Below, piece after piece: positions 1 through 11,864 of a DNA stretch of 64,000 nt. The DNA is from Octopus sinensis (lineage: Eukaryota), in the NCBI RefSeq assembly GCF_006345805.1, contig NC_043002.1, positions 68,200,001 to 68,264,000 of the forward strand. The letters run 5' to 3'. How positions within the stretch are numbered: position 1 is the first letter of the stretch; each line of letters starts with the position of its first letter. The notes beneath the pieces were generated by a model. It saw only the letters and a program-made list of their open reading frames with translations, did no database searches and was not told the origin of the DNA. The translations under genes and the position numbers were made by a program.

Positions 1-222
1 TGGCTGCAATCCAATGAGTACAACAAGTAAAAGATAAGAGAGCAGAACAAATATAAACATGAAACAAAACTGGAGAGCACCATGTTGGAGTGCTATATAA
101 CTGACAACCGAAGGGAAAAGGTTTAAGAACAAGAAATGAATGAAATGGTAAACAACTGGAAACAATAAACTAAAAGATGCATTAAAAACCCTAATAAGAG
201 ATCATCTAACAAAAGCGAATAG

Positions 223-412
223 TCTTTTCTACTATAGGCACAAGGCCTGACATTTTTGGGGAGGGGACCAGTCGATTAGATCGCCCCCCAGCAATCTAAT
301 CGACTTAATTTATCGACCCTGAAAGGATGAAAGGCAAAGTCAACTTCGGTGGAATTTGAACTCAGAATGCATTTCGCCCAGCATGCTAACGACTCTGCCA
401 GCTTGCCACCTT
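223..412 (-). mobile_element. tRNA-derived SINE with Meta-domain-like core
   Basis: Reverse complement of ggcgagctggcaga..gttcaaattcc..gactttgcctttcatcctttc.gggtcgataaattaagt. Confidence 0.82.
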
Positions 413-1786
413 AACAAGAGTGAATAGTGACATAGCAGGAGGAGCACTGAACAATGAAGTAAGACATGTAAGGGAAATGTAATAAGTAGGGGCATATACA
501 GGAAAAACAAAGTCCAGAAAGCTGAACAAAATTTCATTCGGGGGTACAAGATTGACCATCAATGGATAAAGTAGAAAATAGCATAAAAGTGACTCATAAA
601 TAATCACTTATTTACTATTTTATATTTGCACTATTTTATACTCGGTTTTAACTGGGAAAACTGGGATGCAACTTATATAAGGGGCAAAGCTAAAATTATG
701 AAGGGGAAAAAATTTTGTACCAAGATTTAACACTAAATTAGGGGTGCAACTTATGAGCATGACTTATACACAAGTGCAGCTTATACATAAATGTGACTTA
801 AGACACAAGTAAATATGGTAATTGTAAAAGGCAGTATTGAGCAGAAGCTGAGGAATTAGGGGTACAAGACTGACCAACAAAGGGCTAAAGTAGAGCAACT
901 CCAGATAAAAGTAGAACAGAATCCAAACGAGAATTCTAAACAATTAAACTAAAGTGTTGGGTGGAGAAGGCAGTAATTGCTAAACAGATAAATTAGAGAC
1001 CACTTGGTTGATGAATGACAAGTTTATGTTGATATCATTTCTGTGTTCTTGCTAGAGAAGGCAGCAAACAATTCCAAATATGCCACCAGGTAACAGAGTA
1101 ATAGAAATGTTCATGATGATTGCTGTTCTAATTTGAATAATATATATTATCCTGAAAAAAGGGCAGGAAATCCTGGCTGGTTTAATCTAGATAGCTTACA
1201 AACAGGTTTCACTCACACATAACACTTGAATCACCACTAAAATCAATATGAACTTATCTAAATTGTAAAAATCCACTTGCCCTATTCTGGCTGGGAAAGA
1301 TGATACAAAATACTAAAAAAGCCACTTAAAACCTACCTGACAGCCAAGTTTATAATAAAGTTTATTTTCAGTAATCTTGTGGGTAAATATCATTTTCACA
1401 GTCAACTCTATCAACTATTTAAAAAAAGTAAACTTGGAGGAAAATAGCAAAACATTTTGATACAAATGGATGAAGCCAAACTTTTTATTTATCCATTTCA
1501 TACCAACTTCTCTGAGACCGCCCTCATTTCTGTTTCATAGTTTCCTAAATTAAAACCTTTCATCAAAATTTCATATTGATTTATATTTCAAACTCCAGTT
1601 TAATGACAAAGTTGTTTAAATAAATTAAAATTTTTAAAATTAAATTAAACAAGGCATTGTATTTTAATAGAAATATTATAACTGCTTCAGTCTTTGTTTT
1701 TTTTTTTTGTCAGTAGTTTTTTTGTATGTTGCAAAAAAGTAAACATTTAAATATCTTAGCTGTGTGCATCAAACAGATACTTAGTT

Positions 1787-2149
1787 TACTCTTTTACTTG
1801 TTTCAGTCCTTTGACTGTGGCCATGTTGGAGCACCGCCTTTAGTCGAGCAAATCGACCCCAGGACTTATTCTTTGTAAGCTTAGTACTTATTCTATGGGT
1901 CTCTTTTGCCGAACCACTAAGTTACGGGGACGTAAACACGCCACCATCGGTTGTCAAGCGATGTTGGGGGGAAGACAAACACACAAACATATATATATGA
2001 CAGGCTTCTTTCAGTTTCCGTCTACCAAATCCACTCACAAGGCTTTGGTCTGCCTGAGGCTACAGTAGAAGACACTTGCCCAAGGTGTCACACAGTGGGA
2101 CTGAACCTGGAACCATGTGGTTGGTAAGCAAGCTACTTACCACACAGCC
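1787..2149 (-). mobile_element. CORE-like composite SINE (octopus OK/OR-type), near full length
   Basis: Reverse complement of gctgtgtggtaagtagcttgc..ccttgggcaagtgtcttctactatag..microsatellite..aaatgactgaaacaagtaaaaga. Confidence 0.82.
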
Positions 2150-2613
2150 AATGAGAAAAATTTGATTATTGCCATTAGTATGTAATATACTTTACTTGAT
2201 ATAAATAACTTGTAAATTATGGTTTTTATGAGAGTAAAGTATAGCAGACAAAAGATTTAGTAACATTTCTTCCAGTTCTGAGTTCAAATCCCACCAAGAT
2301 CATCTTTACCCTTCACATTTCCAGGATCAATAAAATAAAGTACCAGTCACATACAAAAAAGGGGGAACTGGAAGCTCTTATAGAGAAAATATAATCACAA
2401 TCAGGACTGGGTAGGGTTTTAGGAGATGAGCATAACAAGAGTGACAAGAAGCAGAGGGGTAAGAGGTTCAGGGATACCTGACTGGATAAGGTACAAGACC
2501 AACCAGTTCTGAGGAACAGAAGCCATAATAGGAGCAGTAATAGAAAAGACAAAGAGAGGAGATAACATGTTGGCAAGGGATTAGAGCATATCTCAATTCA
2601 ATATTTAACAAGG

Positions 2614-3045
2614 CAAAGGTGGCAAGCTGGCAGAAACGTTAGCACACCAGGTGAAATACTTAGCAGTATTTTGTCTGTGTTTACATTCTGAGTTCAAATT
2701 CCACCAAGGTCGACTTTGCCTTTCATTCTTTCAGGGTCAATAAATTAAGTACCAGTTGCATACAGGAATCAATCTAATGAACTGGACCTCTCCCCCAAAA
2801 TTTCAGGCCTTGTGGCTAGAGTAGAAAAGAATATTTAAGGTGGCGAGCTGGCAGAAATGTTAGCACACCAAGTGAAATACTTAGCAGTATTTCATCTTTT
2901 CATTCTGAGTTCAAATTCCGCTGAGGTCGACTTTGCCATTCATCCTTTTGGGATAGATAAATTAAGTACCTGGGGTTGAGCTAATTGACTGCGCACACCC
3001 TTCCCAAAAATTTTGGGCCTTGCGCCAAGAGTAGAAAAGAATGTT
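2614..3045 (+). mobile_element. Two head-to-tail Meta-like SINEs
   Basis: aaggtggcaagctggcagaa starts at about 2614 and 2836; each ends gtagaaaagaat. Confidence 0.85.
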
Positions 3046-3231
3046 TAACAAGGCAAGAAAGAGAAGGAAGAAGAGAATAGAGAAATATATAACAAAGGAA
3101 AAGCTGATATAAATCAACAGATATCCACCTGAAACAGCATTAAACTAAAATAACAATGTACATATGATTTATGGTTCAAAACTGTACAAGAAACAAAAGA
3201 GAGAGACAGATGAGAGAACAGCAAAGAAGAT

Positions 3232-3490
3232 CTATTAGTTTGATGCTCAGGTAAAATGGAAGTGTTTCATGTATCAAGCCTACACTCTTCTACAGAAAGG
3301 AACGAAGAAAGAGAATGTAGAGAGAAAAAAATGGTTCTGGATTAACAGTTTCACAGGTTGAATATATAATTCATATAATTTATGTATACACAAATGTAGA
3401 ATGCCACTCATTGTAGGATTATGCTACGGAGAAAGAAACAACTCTTCAGAGACTTGTGTGTTAATAACACAGCAAGGTCTGAACAACGTC
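3232..3490 (-). mobile_element. Possible decayed Penelope-like terminal repeat
   Basis: rc gaagagtgtaggcttgatac resembles the GAAGAGCGTAGGCTCGAAAC hammerhead-like motif of Penelope pLTRs, with several substitutions. Identification is from memory. Confidence 0.3.
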
Positions 3491-3699
3491 AAGACCATTA
3501 GACACCAGTGTTTTAGCTTAAATTTACCTCCACAGATATATATATATATATATATATACCTCCAGTCATTTGGAGCTGGCAATAAACTTTCATTCCTATA
3601 TAGAAATCAGCCAACAAATCATTTGCAGATCTGTGCTTGATATGTTTTTAACATGCCAGATCCCCAAAGAAAAGTTTCTCTGAGACAGAATGCTGGTTA

Positions 3700-3987
3700 G
3701 TGTTATTCTATGTTTACCAGCGTCACCTTACTGGCACATGAAAAAACATTCGAACGAGGTTGTTGCCAGTACCGCCTGGCTGGCCCTTGTGCTGGTGGCA
3801 CATAAAAGCACCCACTACACTCTCAGAGTGGTTGGCGTTAGAAAGGGCATCTAGCTATAGAAACTCTGCCAGATAAAGATTGGAGCCTGGTGCAGCCATC
3901 TGGTTTGCCAGTCCACAGTCAAATCGTCCAACCCATGCTAGCATGGAAAGCGGATGTTAAACGATGATGATGATGATGATGATGATT
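3700..3987 (+). mobile_element. RTE 3' tail fragment
   Basis: ggtggcacataaaagcacccactacac..ccatgctagcatgg..aaacgatgatg, matching 12160-12353. Confidence 0.88.
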
Positions 3988-4568
3988 ATATAAATGTTAT
4001 ACACAGAAATAAAAATTGCAATGACTTATCAGAAGTCAAAATTATGAAGTATTTTCCATGAGAAAACTTAATAGCAATAATAAAGGTAAAAGCATAAGAA
4101 ATTACACTAAAGTCCATTTATTTAATGCTATCATCTCCAGTGAATTTGATAAATTACATTTTATTTTTTGTTTCAGCTATTGGACTTCAGCAATGCTGGA
4201 GAACCACCATGAAAGGGTTAGCTGAACAAATACCTATTTTTTATTAAGCCTGGTCCTTATTCTACTAGTCTCTTTTGCCGAACTGCTAAGTTACAGGGAC
4301 ATGAACAAACCAACACTGGTTATCAAGCAGTAGGAGGGAGCTAAACACAAAGACACATACACAGCAGGCTCTTTCAGTTTCCATCTACGAAATCCAATTA
4401 CAGGTTTTGGGACCATAAGAGAAGACACTTGCCCAAGGTGCCATGCAGTGGGACTGAACCCGAAACCATGTGGTTGGGAAGCAAGCTTCTTAACCATACA
4501 GCCACACCTGCATCATATTGAAATATTCAGTGAATTTAAATAAAGTGAAATAAATTACTTCTACTTAC

Positions 4569-4677
4569 CAGACAGTGAAGCTCCTTTTAACACTGCTTCA
4601 TAAAGAGTTGTTACATCATTGGAATTATTTACATTTGAACTCTCTGGCATTACAGATTTCCTGATTTTTTCTCTGCC
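4569..4677 (-). CDS. ACSL1: ACSL1/5/6-like, next coding exon (109 nt)
   Basis: Acceptor ttttttaatttcag, donor CTG|gtaagt, and only one open frame: GREKIRKSVMPESSNVNNSNDVTTLYEAVLKGASLS(G). It matches human ACSL1 GSGGARRS..DDVTTLYEGFQRGIQVS. Its phase-0 start fits the 27880 donor. Confidence 0.85.
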
Positions 4678-4960
4678 CTGAAATTAAAAAATTAAATTCA
4701 GTCAAGAATCCAACAGGATATAACAAAAAAAAAGAAAAAAAGAGTAAAAATTTCAAAGATTTCCAGTTTAAAGACTAAACCTAATTCTTCATGTAAAACA
4801 TTCCTGAAACACTTTAATTGACTATCATTTTAATCCTCTATCTTACTTGCTTTCGTCATTGGGCTGCGACTATGCTGGGACACCGCCTTGATGGGTTTTA
4901 GTCAAACAAATTATCCCTGGTGCTTACATCTTAACCCTTTGGCATTTAAACCGGTCATAT

Positions 4961-5225
4961 GCATGGTTCAGTGGTTAGAGCGTTGAGGTTGTGAGTTCGA
5001 ATCCCGGACCAGGCTGTGTGTTGTGTTCTTGAGCAAGGCACTTTATTTCACGTTGCTCCAGTTCACTCAGCTGTTGAAATGAGTAGCAACGTCACAGGTG
5101 CCAAGCTGTATCAGCCCCTTTCCCTTGGATAACATCAATGGTGTGGAGAGGGGAGGCTAGTATGCATGGGTGACTTTCTAGGTACAATCCCATGGTCATT
5201 CATGACCAAAGAGAGTCTCAGCAAC
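4961..5225 (+). mobile_element. Third tRNA-derived SINE family (ttgagcaaggcactt core); copies also at about 19108, 20600, 24978, 55960 and 61170
   Basis: tggttcagtggttagag (A box), gagttcgaatccc (B box), ttcttgagcaaggcactttatttc. Confidence 0.75.
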
Positions 5226-5859
5226 CTGGCCCAATATTCTACTTGTTTTAGGTTCAAACTGGCCAGATCAGGTCTCTCACACCCTACCCTACAATGTCAT
5301 TCTAAAAATAAACAGTCACATCTTTGAAATCTGAAATTTACAGGATAATGCATGATTAATTCCAAGCAGTGTGGATAAATAAGTTTTACATTTGACAGAA
5401 TAATCTAAATTCTAAAGAGCTAAAGACAAGTATTTATTCACTCATTCCATCAATTCTTTTGCTGAACTGCTATGTTTGGGGACATAAGCAAAACAACACT
5501 AGTTACCCAGCAGCAGTGATCAGGAAGGGTACAGATATACAGAATGTGCTTCCACACAGTCTCCATCCACTAAATTTACTCACAAGGGCTATAGAAGAAG
5601 ACACTTGTCCAAGGTGCCATGCAGTGGGACTGAACCTGAAATCCCTTAACCACACAGCCAATGTCTGCTTTTCCAAACTTGCATTGATCAGGGTTTGTTG
5701 AGGGAGATTTTCTACTGCCAGATGCCCTTCTTTTCACCAGCCCTCTCCATGGCCAGGCATGTTTATATAGAAGATTGGAAATGAACACAGCTTGCATGAC
5801 AGTAACGTTTGTATGACAGCGACTCTTGTTTATAGCTGTGAGATTTCAAGACATGGAGA

Positions 5860-6190
5860 CACAAACACACACTAACACATTCATGTACTCACACACACAC
5901 CACATTTATACATAAATTACACATACCCCACATACATACATAAATCACCCACACACACCACATGCATACATAAAACACACACACCACGTACATACATAAA
6001 ACACACACACCATGTACATACATAAAACACACACACACACACCACATATATAAAACACACATTCACACACCACATATATAAAACACACATTCACACACCA
6101 CATATATAAAACACACACTCACACACCACATACATACATAAATCACACACTCACACCACATACATACATACATAAATCACACATAACATT
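5860..6190. repeat. CA-rich compound repeat with an approximately 28-bp unit (accacatatataaaacacacattcacac)
   Basis: Three near-exact units at about 6039-6125 within degenerate flanks. Confidence 0.85.
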
Positions 6191-8044
6191 GGCTTCTCTC
6201 CTTTTCTACATCCTCCAACAGCCCAGAGCTATAGTAGAAGAGGCTTGTTCAAGGTGCCATGCAGCAGGGCTGAACTTAAAACCATATGGTTGGAAAGCAA
6301 ACTTCATAACCATTCAGCCATGCCTGCACCTATCCATATGAGAAAGTAATATTCCATTTTTCCATGACAGCCCAATTCAATAACACTGGCAATTTGTTTG
6401 CATATAAATAGATTTTATCTATTAATTTATTGAAATTATCACTCCCTTTTCTTCAAGCTATTGATTATTATTGACAGCCATCAGTTACGTCATCCACCTC
6501 AATTACTATCCATGTCTCTCTACCACCTTTTCACTCCAATCACTGTCATCGTACAGTTACTACCCTCAATTACAAGCCACTCTTGTTCCACTTCTATCAT
6601 CATTCTCTTTTCTCTCTACCCGCTTAGTCACTTGCCCCGAACAGTCAAACATACTATAGAATAGAGCCTTTAGTCTTTTAGAATACAAGGTAAACTCACT
6701 AGTGCTGGTGCCACAATAAAATGCACTCAGTACATACAGTAAAATTGGTTGGTGATAGGAAGTGCATTCAATGGTAGAAACCAGGCCAAAATGAAACATG
6801 ACTAAGGCATGGTCCTCCAACCCACCTACAATATCAGTAAACTCCAAATCAGAACTAACTCAAACTATGACAGTTTATCTTACCCATACCAATATGAAAA
6901 GCATCCATAGAATAATGGTGGTAGTAGTGATGATGGTGATAGTAATAATGTTGATGATGATGACGACAATGATATATGGGTATTTTTGCTTAGAAAAAAC
7001 GTTCAGAAGGAAGTATAACTTTGGGCATATCAAAGATATCAATTTATTAACAACAAAAATTTATTTATTTAGTTTAATTAATATTATGCATTAATTTAAT
7101 TACGCATCTAACATTTTAAGCAGAGAGATGTCACAAATTCCAGCCCACCATATCTTTCTACAACATACATTGTTTGGAACAGACAAAAAATTCTGCCCTG
7201 CATATATGAACATTTCTTTCAAAATCAGTTAAAAAGCTTGTTCATTCAGATTACAAATTCATACTTTAACCTATAATTATTGATGCTCTTAGCTGTGTTA
7301 GTAAATGACTAAATGACAATTTCAAAAAGTTTAGTTTTCCATACTAAGAAAGTGACTACCTAACACACTTTGTAAATATAATCTGTAAGAGGAACAGTGA
7401 AATATGCAGGAGATTTTCAAAGTTCAACATGTAACACCTGCTACCCAAACTCCAGGAGTAGAGCTTTGTTTCTTTCTTAGAAACCAGCTTCTTCTTTATA
7501 AGATGAATTAAAATAATTAAACAATGAAAACATAATTACATACATGTTGTTTGTTCATTCTTGAGCCATGCTTGGCTCCTAAGGGCCGATTTCCCGGTTT
7601 CATTGGCGTATAAGTTCCCCATCTAGATAGGATGCCGGTCCATCACAGGTGAGCTGCTAGATGCAGGAGGAAAGGGTGAGAGAAAGTTGTGGCAAAAGAG
7701 TCAGAAGTTTGCCATTACCTTCTGTCAGAGCTGCATGGAACTTAGGTGTTTCGCTCATAAACACACACATCGTCCGATCTGAGATTCGTACCCGTGATCC
7801 CTCGACTGTGAGTCCACTGCTGTAACCACTAGGCTATGTGCTTCTGCAATTACACACACACACCGCTATTTGGTTTGACTTTATTATCACAGCTTACATG
7901 ACTTGATGCTAGTACAAACTTGCCAATCCGTTCTCCAGTTATGCGGATATTCTAACAACAATTTGGAGTACTTTGTTATACGTAGCTCAAGTCGAAAATT
8001 CTGGTACCATGTACTGCTTCTTTATGTAACATGAAATGTGTGTG

Positions 8045-8432
8045 AGTGTGTGTATGGTTAAGAAGTTCACTTCCCAACTATAGAGTTTCAGGTTCAGTAC
8101 CACACAATGGCACCCAGAGTATGTTATAGTTTCAGGCAGACCAAAGCCAGTTAAAGGATTTGCTATGAGAAAACTGAAAGAAACCTGTCACACATATATT
8201 TATGTATATATGTATATATACGTGTGTTTGTGCCTCTCAGCATGATAGTTGTAAATGAGTGTCACCATCATACAAGCAGTGCCGTTCTTTTGTCATGGAG
8301 AAATATTGCTCAGAAACAACTGAGGGCTGGTAACACAAAGGGCACTTGGCTATAGAACATCTACCTCAATGACATTCTGACTTGCTCATGCAAGCATGGA
8401 AAAGTGGACATCAAAACGATGATGATGATGAT
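8045..8432 (+). mobile_element. SINE-like element ending in the RTE 3' tail (relative at about 43800-44030)
   Basis: Decayed tRNA-like head, then ..catgcaagcatggaaaagtggacatcaaaacgatgatgatg, matching the last ~45 nt of the RTE. Confidence 0.65.
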
Positions 8433-9060
8433 ATTTGTGTATTTTATCATAAGTGCAATGGTCTGTGTAACAATAGATTTACATAAAAGCCAGTAAATGT
8501 TGGGTGTTTTCCAATAAAGGACAAAGCAAAACAGACTTGGCATTATCCAGATCCAATCAATTAGGATAGTGTGAAGATTTGTGGAATATTCCAAAGATTC
8601 TCAATTTGAGTTTCCTGGAACAAACATATACACACAATTACATGTGTATATGGTGCACGCACGCACACACACACACACTGACACAATGTAATTGCACACA
8701 TTCATGAACTAAAACAACACATAAATCTGTTACATGTGTGAAAGTATATTCACACACACACACACTTGTGCACACACACGTTTAGTCAGTCATTTCTACA
8801 TCCATTTTACTATGCTAGCATGAGTTAGATGAATATACAGGGTGCAACAGAAGTAATGCCCTTTTCTATTTGAGTTTTCTAGTTTCTAATAGAATTTCTT
8901 CTTTATTTCCTAAAACTTCTGCGATATTTTTCATTAGTTTATTATTCGTTTCTTTAAGTAGTGCAATAAATTTGTGTTCAATAAAAATAAACTTTTATAT
9001 ACTAGAAAAGTTATTAAATGCAAAAAAGGTGTTATTTCTTATTTCTTTATTGCCCACAAG

Positions 9061-11864
9061 GTAATCGAGGTAGTCAGAGTAAGTGACAGAGTAATTAAAA
9101 TTAGATTAGTCCTTCACCATAGGTCAGCTACCATCATCTCGGCATATGCCCCTCAACCAGGGCTACCGGAAGGACAAAAAGACCAATTCTATGACACCCT
9201 ATTGCGGACTACCTCGTTGACAAATGACTGTGACCTTCTCCTCATGGCAGGTGATTTCAATGGACATGTTGGACGGCATGTCGGGGGCTTCCATGGCGTT
9301 CATGGAGGCTACGGTTTTGGCTCTCGTAATGAGGAGGGAACCAGGCTGCTGGAGTTCCGCGATGCAAATGACCTTATGGTCTGCAATACCAACTTCAGGA
9401 AACCCACCTCTCACTTAGTCACCTACCGTTCTGGCAGACACACTAGCCAAATTGACTACATCCTTGCCAGAAAAAGGGAAAGAGGGCTGCTTATAAATGC
9501 CAAAACCTTTCCAGGCGAAGAATGTACTCCTCAACATAGATTAGTAGTTAGCGACTTCAGGATCAGAGCTAAATGGTTGCCCAGAAGAAGACCAGCTTGG
9601 AGGAGAAGGGTCTGGAAGCTTAAAGATCCTGCAAATGGACAGAGATTTAGAGACATACTACTCGAAGCCTTTGACGAAATAGAAGGGGATATAGCTTCAC
9701 TTAATGTGGAAGACAACTGGAGATTTCTACGGGACAATCTGCTGACAGCCACTGACCAGATCTGTGGATGGAGCAAAGTACCATCTCGACCCAGAGTAAC
9801 ATGGTGGTGGAACACTGTGGTTGACAGGGCTATTAGACAAAAGAGACAGGCTTGGAAGGACTGGAAGAACGGTGGTAGCAGGGAATTGTATCAGACAGCC
9901 AGAAGGGAAGCTAGGAGACAGGTTTATTTAACCAGAGGGGAAGCGGATAAGAAAAAATTTGCCAATGTTCTGAGCCGTGAGGATGAAAGACTTGAGGCAT
10001 TTCGTGTTGCAAGACAGTGTGTGAGAGAGAATCGTGATGTGGTAGGAGAGAAGTGTGTTCGCATGGATGATGGTTCACTTGCGCTAAATGAGGATGCAAA
10101 GAGAGAGGTTTGGAGATGCCACTATGAAAGGTTACTGAATAAAGAAAATGAGTGGGATAAAGAGAGTCTGCTGAATGTCAACCCAACAGAGGGACCAGCC
10201 ATCCGAGTTGAAAATTCTTTGGTAGTTAAAGCAATTAGAAGCATGAAGACAGGGAAAGCCCCAGGCCCATCAGGAATTACTGCAGAGATGCTCAAAATAT
10301 CTGGCAGTGTCGGCTATAACCTAGTCACCTGTATAGTCAACCAGGTGATACACGAAGGAGTCATACCCAATGACTGGTGTAGCAGCATACTAGTCAACTG
10401 CTACAAAGGTAAAGGTGATGCCCTAGATACAAATAATTACAGAGGTATCAAGCTGTAGGATCAGGTAATGAAGGTTACGGAGAGGGTCATAGCCCAACTA
10501 ATTAGAGAGAGAGTTAGTTTAGATGAGATGCAGTTTGGGTTCGTGCCAGGGAAAAGTACCACTGATGCTATATTCCTGGTAAGGCAGCTGCAGGAGAAAT
10601 ACCTAGCCAAAGATAAGCCCCTGTACCTGGCTTTCGTTGACATGGAGAAAGCTTTTGATAGGGTCCCCCGATCCCTTATCTGGTGGTCAATGAGGAAACT
10701 AGGGATAGATGAATGGCTGGTGAGGGCTGTGCAAGCCATGTACAGAGATGCCGTAAGTAAGGTTAGGGTTGGCAACATGTACACCGAAGAATTCAAAGTA
10801 GAGGTTGGGGTCCACCAGGGTTCAGTACTCAGCCCCCTCCTATTTATCATAGTCCTCCAGGCAATTACGGAGGAATTCAAGACAGGTTGCCCCTGGGAGC
10901 TCCTCTACGCTGACGACCTTGCTCTAATTGCTGAGTCACTATCAGAACTTGAAGAGAAGTTCCAGGTGTGGAAGGAGGGTTTAGAATCGAGGGGCCTTAG
11001 AGTCAACCTAGCTAAAACCAAAGTACTAATAAGTAGGAAGGTAGACAATCCACAAATGTCTTCAGGAAGATGGCCCTGCTCGATCTGTAGAAAAGGTGTA
11101 GGTAGAAACTCTATAAGATGTACCCAGTGTAAGCTATGGACACATAAGAGGTGCAGCAATGTCAAAGGTAGGCTAACTGGGAAGATAGTTTTTGTATGTG
11201 GCAGATGCTCGGGAGCATTAACCTCCGAAAATCTGCAGAAAACAACTTCCGTCACTTTCCAGGGGGAAAAACTAGAAGTAGTTGATAGCTTCTGTTATCT
11301 AGGTGACCAAGTCAGTAGTGGGGGTGGGTGCGCTGAAAGTGTAACTGCTAGAATAAGAATAGCCTGGGCAAAGTTTAGGGAGCTCTTACCTCTGCTGGTG
11401 ACTAAAGGCCTCTCGCTCAGAGTAAAAGGCAGACTGTATGATGCGTGTGTACGAACAGCCATGCTACATGGCAGCGAAACATGGGCTGTGACTGCTGAGG
11501 ACATGCGTAAGCTCGTGAGGAATGAAGCCAGTATGCTCCGATGGATGTGTAATGTCAGTGTACATACTCGACAGAGCGTTAGTACCTTGAGAGAAATGTT
11601 GTACCTAAGAAGCATCAGTTGTGGTGTGTGCAAGAGAGACGATTGTGCTGGTATGGTCATGTGGCGAGAATGGATGAAGATAGGTGTGTGAGAAAGTGCC
11701 AATCCCTAGCAGTTGAGGGAACCTGTGGAAGAGGTAGACCCAGGAAAACCTGGGACGAGGTGGTGAAGCACGACCTTTGAACTTTAGGCCTCACTGAGGA
11801 AATGACCAGCGACCGAGACCTTTGGAAACATGCTGTACGTGAGAAGACCAGGCAGGACAAGTGA
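9061..11864 (+). pseudogene. RTE ORF2 (APE endonuclease - RT with internal PHD finger - thumb), disrupted
   Basis: ORFs 8974-10458 and 10468-11691 are in the same frame, separated by TAG at 10456-10458 (TTG in the copy at about 48075). An extra TG near 11625 shifts the C-terminus. The consensus stop is TGA at 11862-11864 after ..EKTRQDK. Confidence 0.93.
11071..11208 (+). other. PHD finger (C4HC3) inside the LINE RT
   Basis: WPCSICRKGVGRNSIRCTQCKLWTHKRCSNVKGRLTGKIVFVCGRC has ligand spacing CxxC..CxxC-x4-H-x2-C..CxxC. Confidence 0.88.

Noticed and set aside
1337-1414. Possible next or terminal exon on the minus strand (VDRVDCENDIYPQDY*)
   Set aside because: ACSL must continue into a GPCLG-type motif and about 600 more residues; a stop here is incompatible. 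The next exon is probably outside the window.
3270-3300. Functional hammerhead ribozyme in the Penelope-like fragment
   Set aside because: The core is degenerate (no intact CUGANGA or GAAA), so at best it is a fossil.
4569-4677. Resemblance of TTLYEAVLKG to cohesin STAG (TLFEVVKLG) or of PESS..EA.LKG.SL to the DCAF15 C-terminus
   Set aside because: The upstream exon (anchor plus DLSHQS) and the DVTTLYE motif fit ACSL1/5/6 far better, including exon boundaries.
8974-9060. ATG and first 29 codons of the 494-aa ORF as the LINE ORF2 start
   Set aside because: These bases belong to the MITE and the SINE tail. The LINE is 5'-truncated at about 9061 and the frame is only fortuitously open.
10461-11702. 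Minus-strand ORFs antisense to the RT (also 48055-48498)
   Set aside because: Shadow ORFs of the LINE coding sequence with no independent features.
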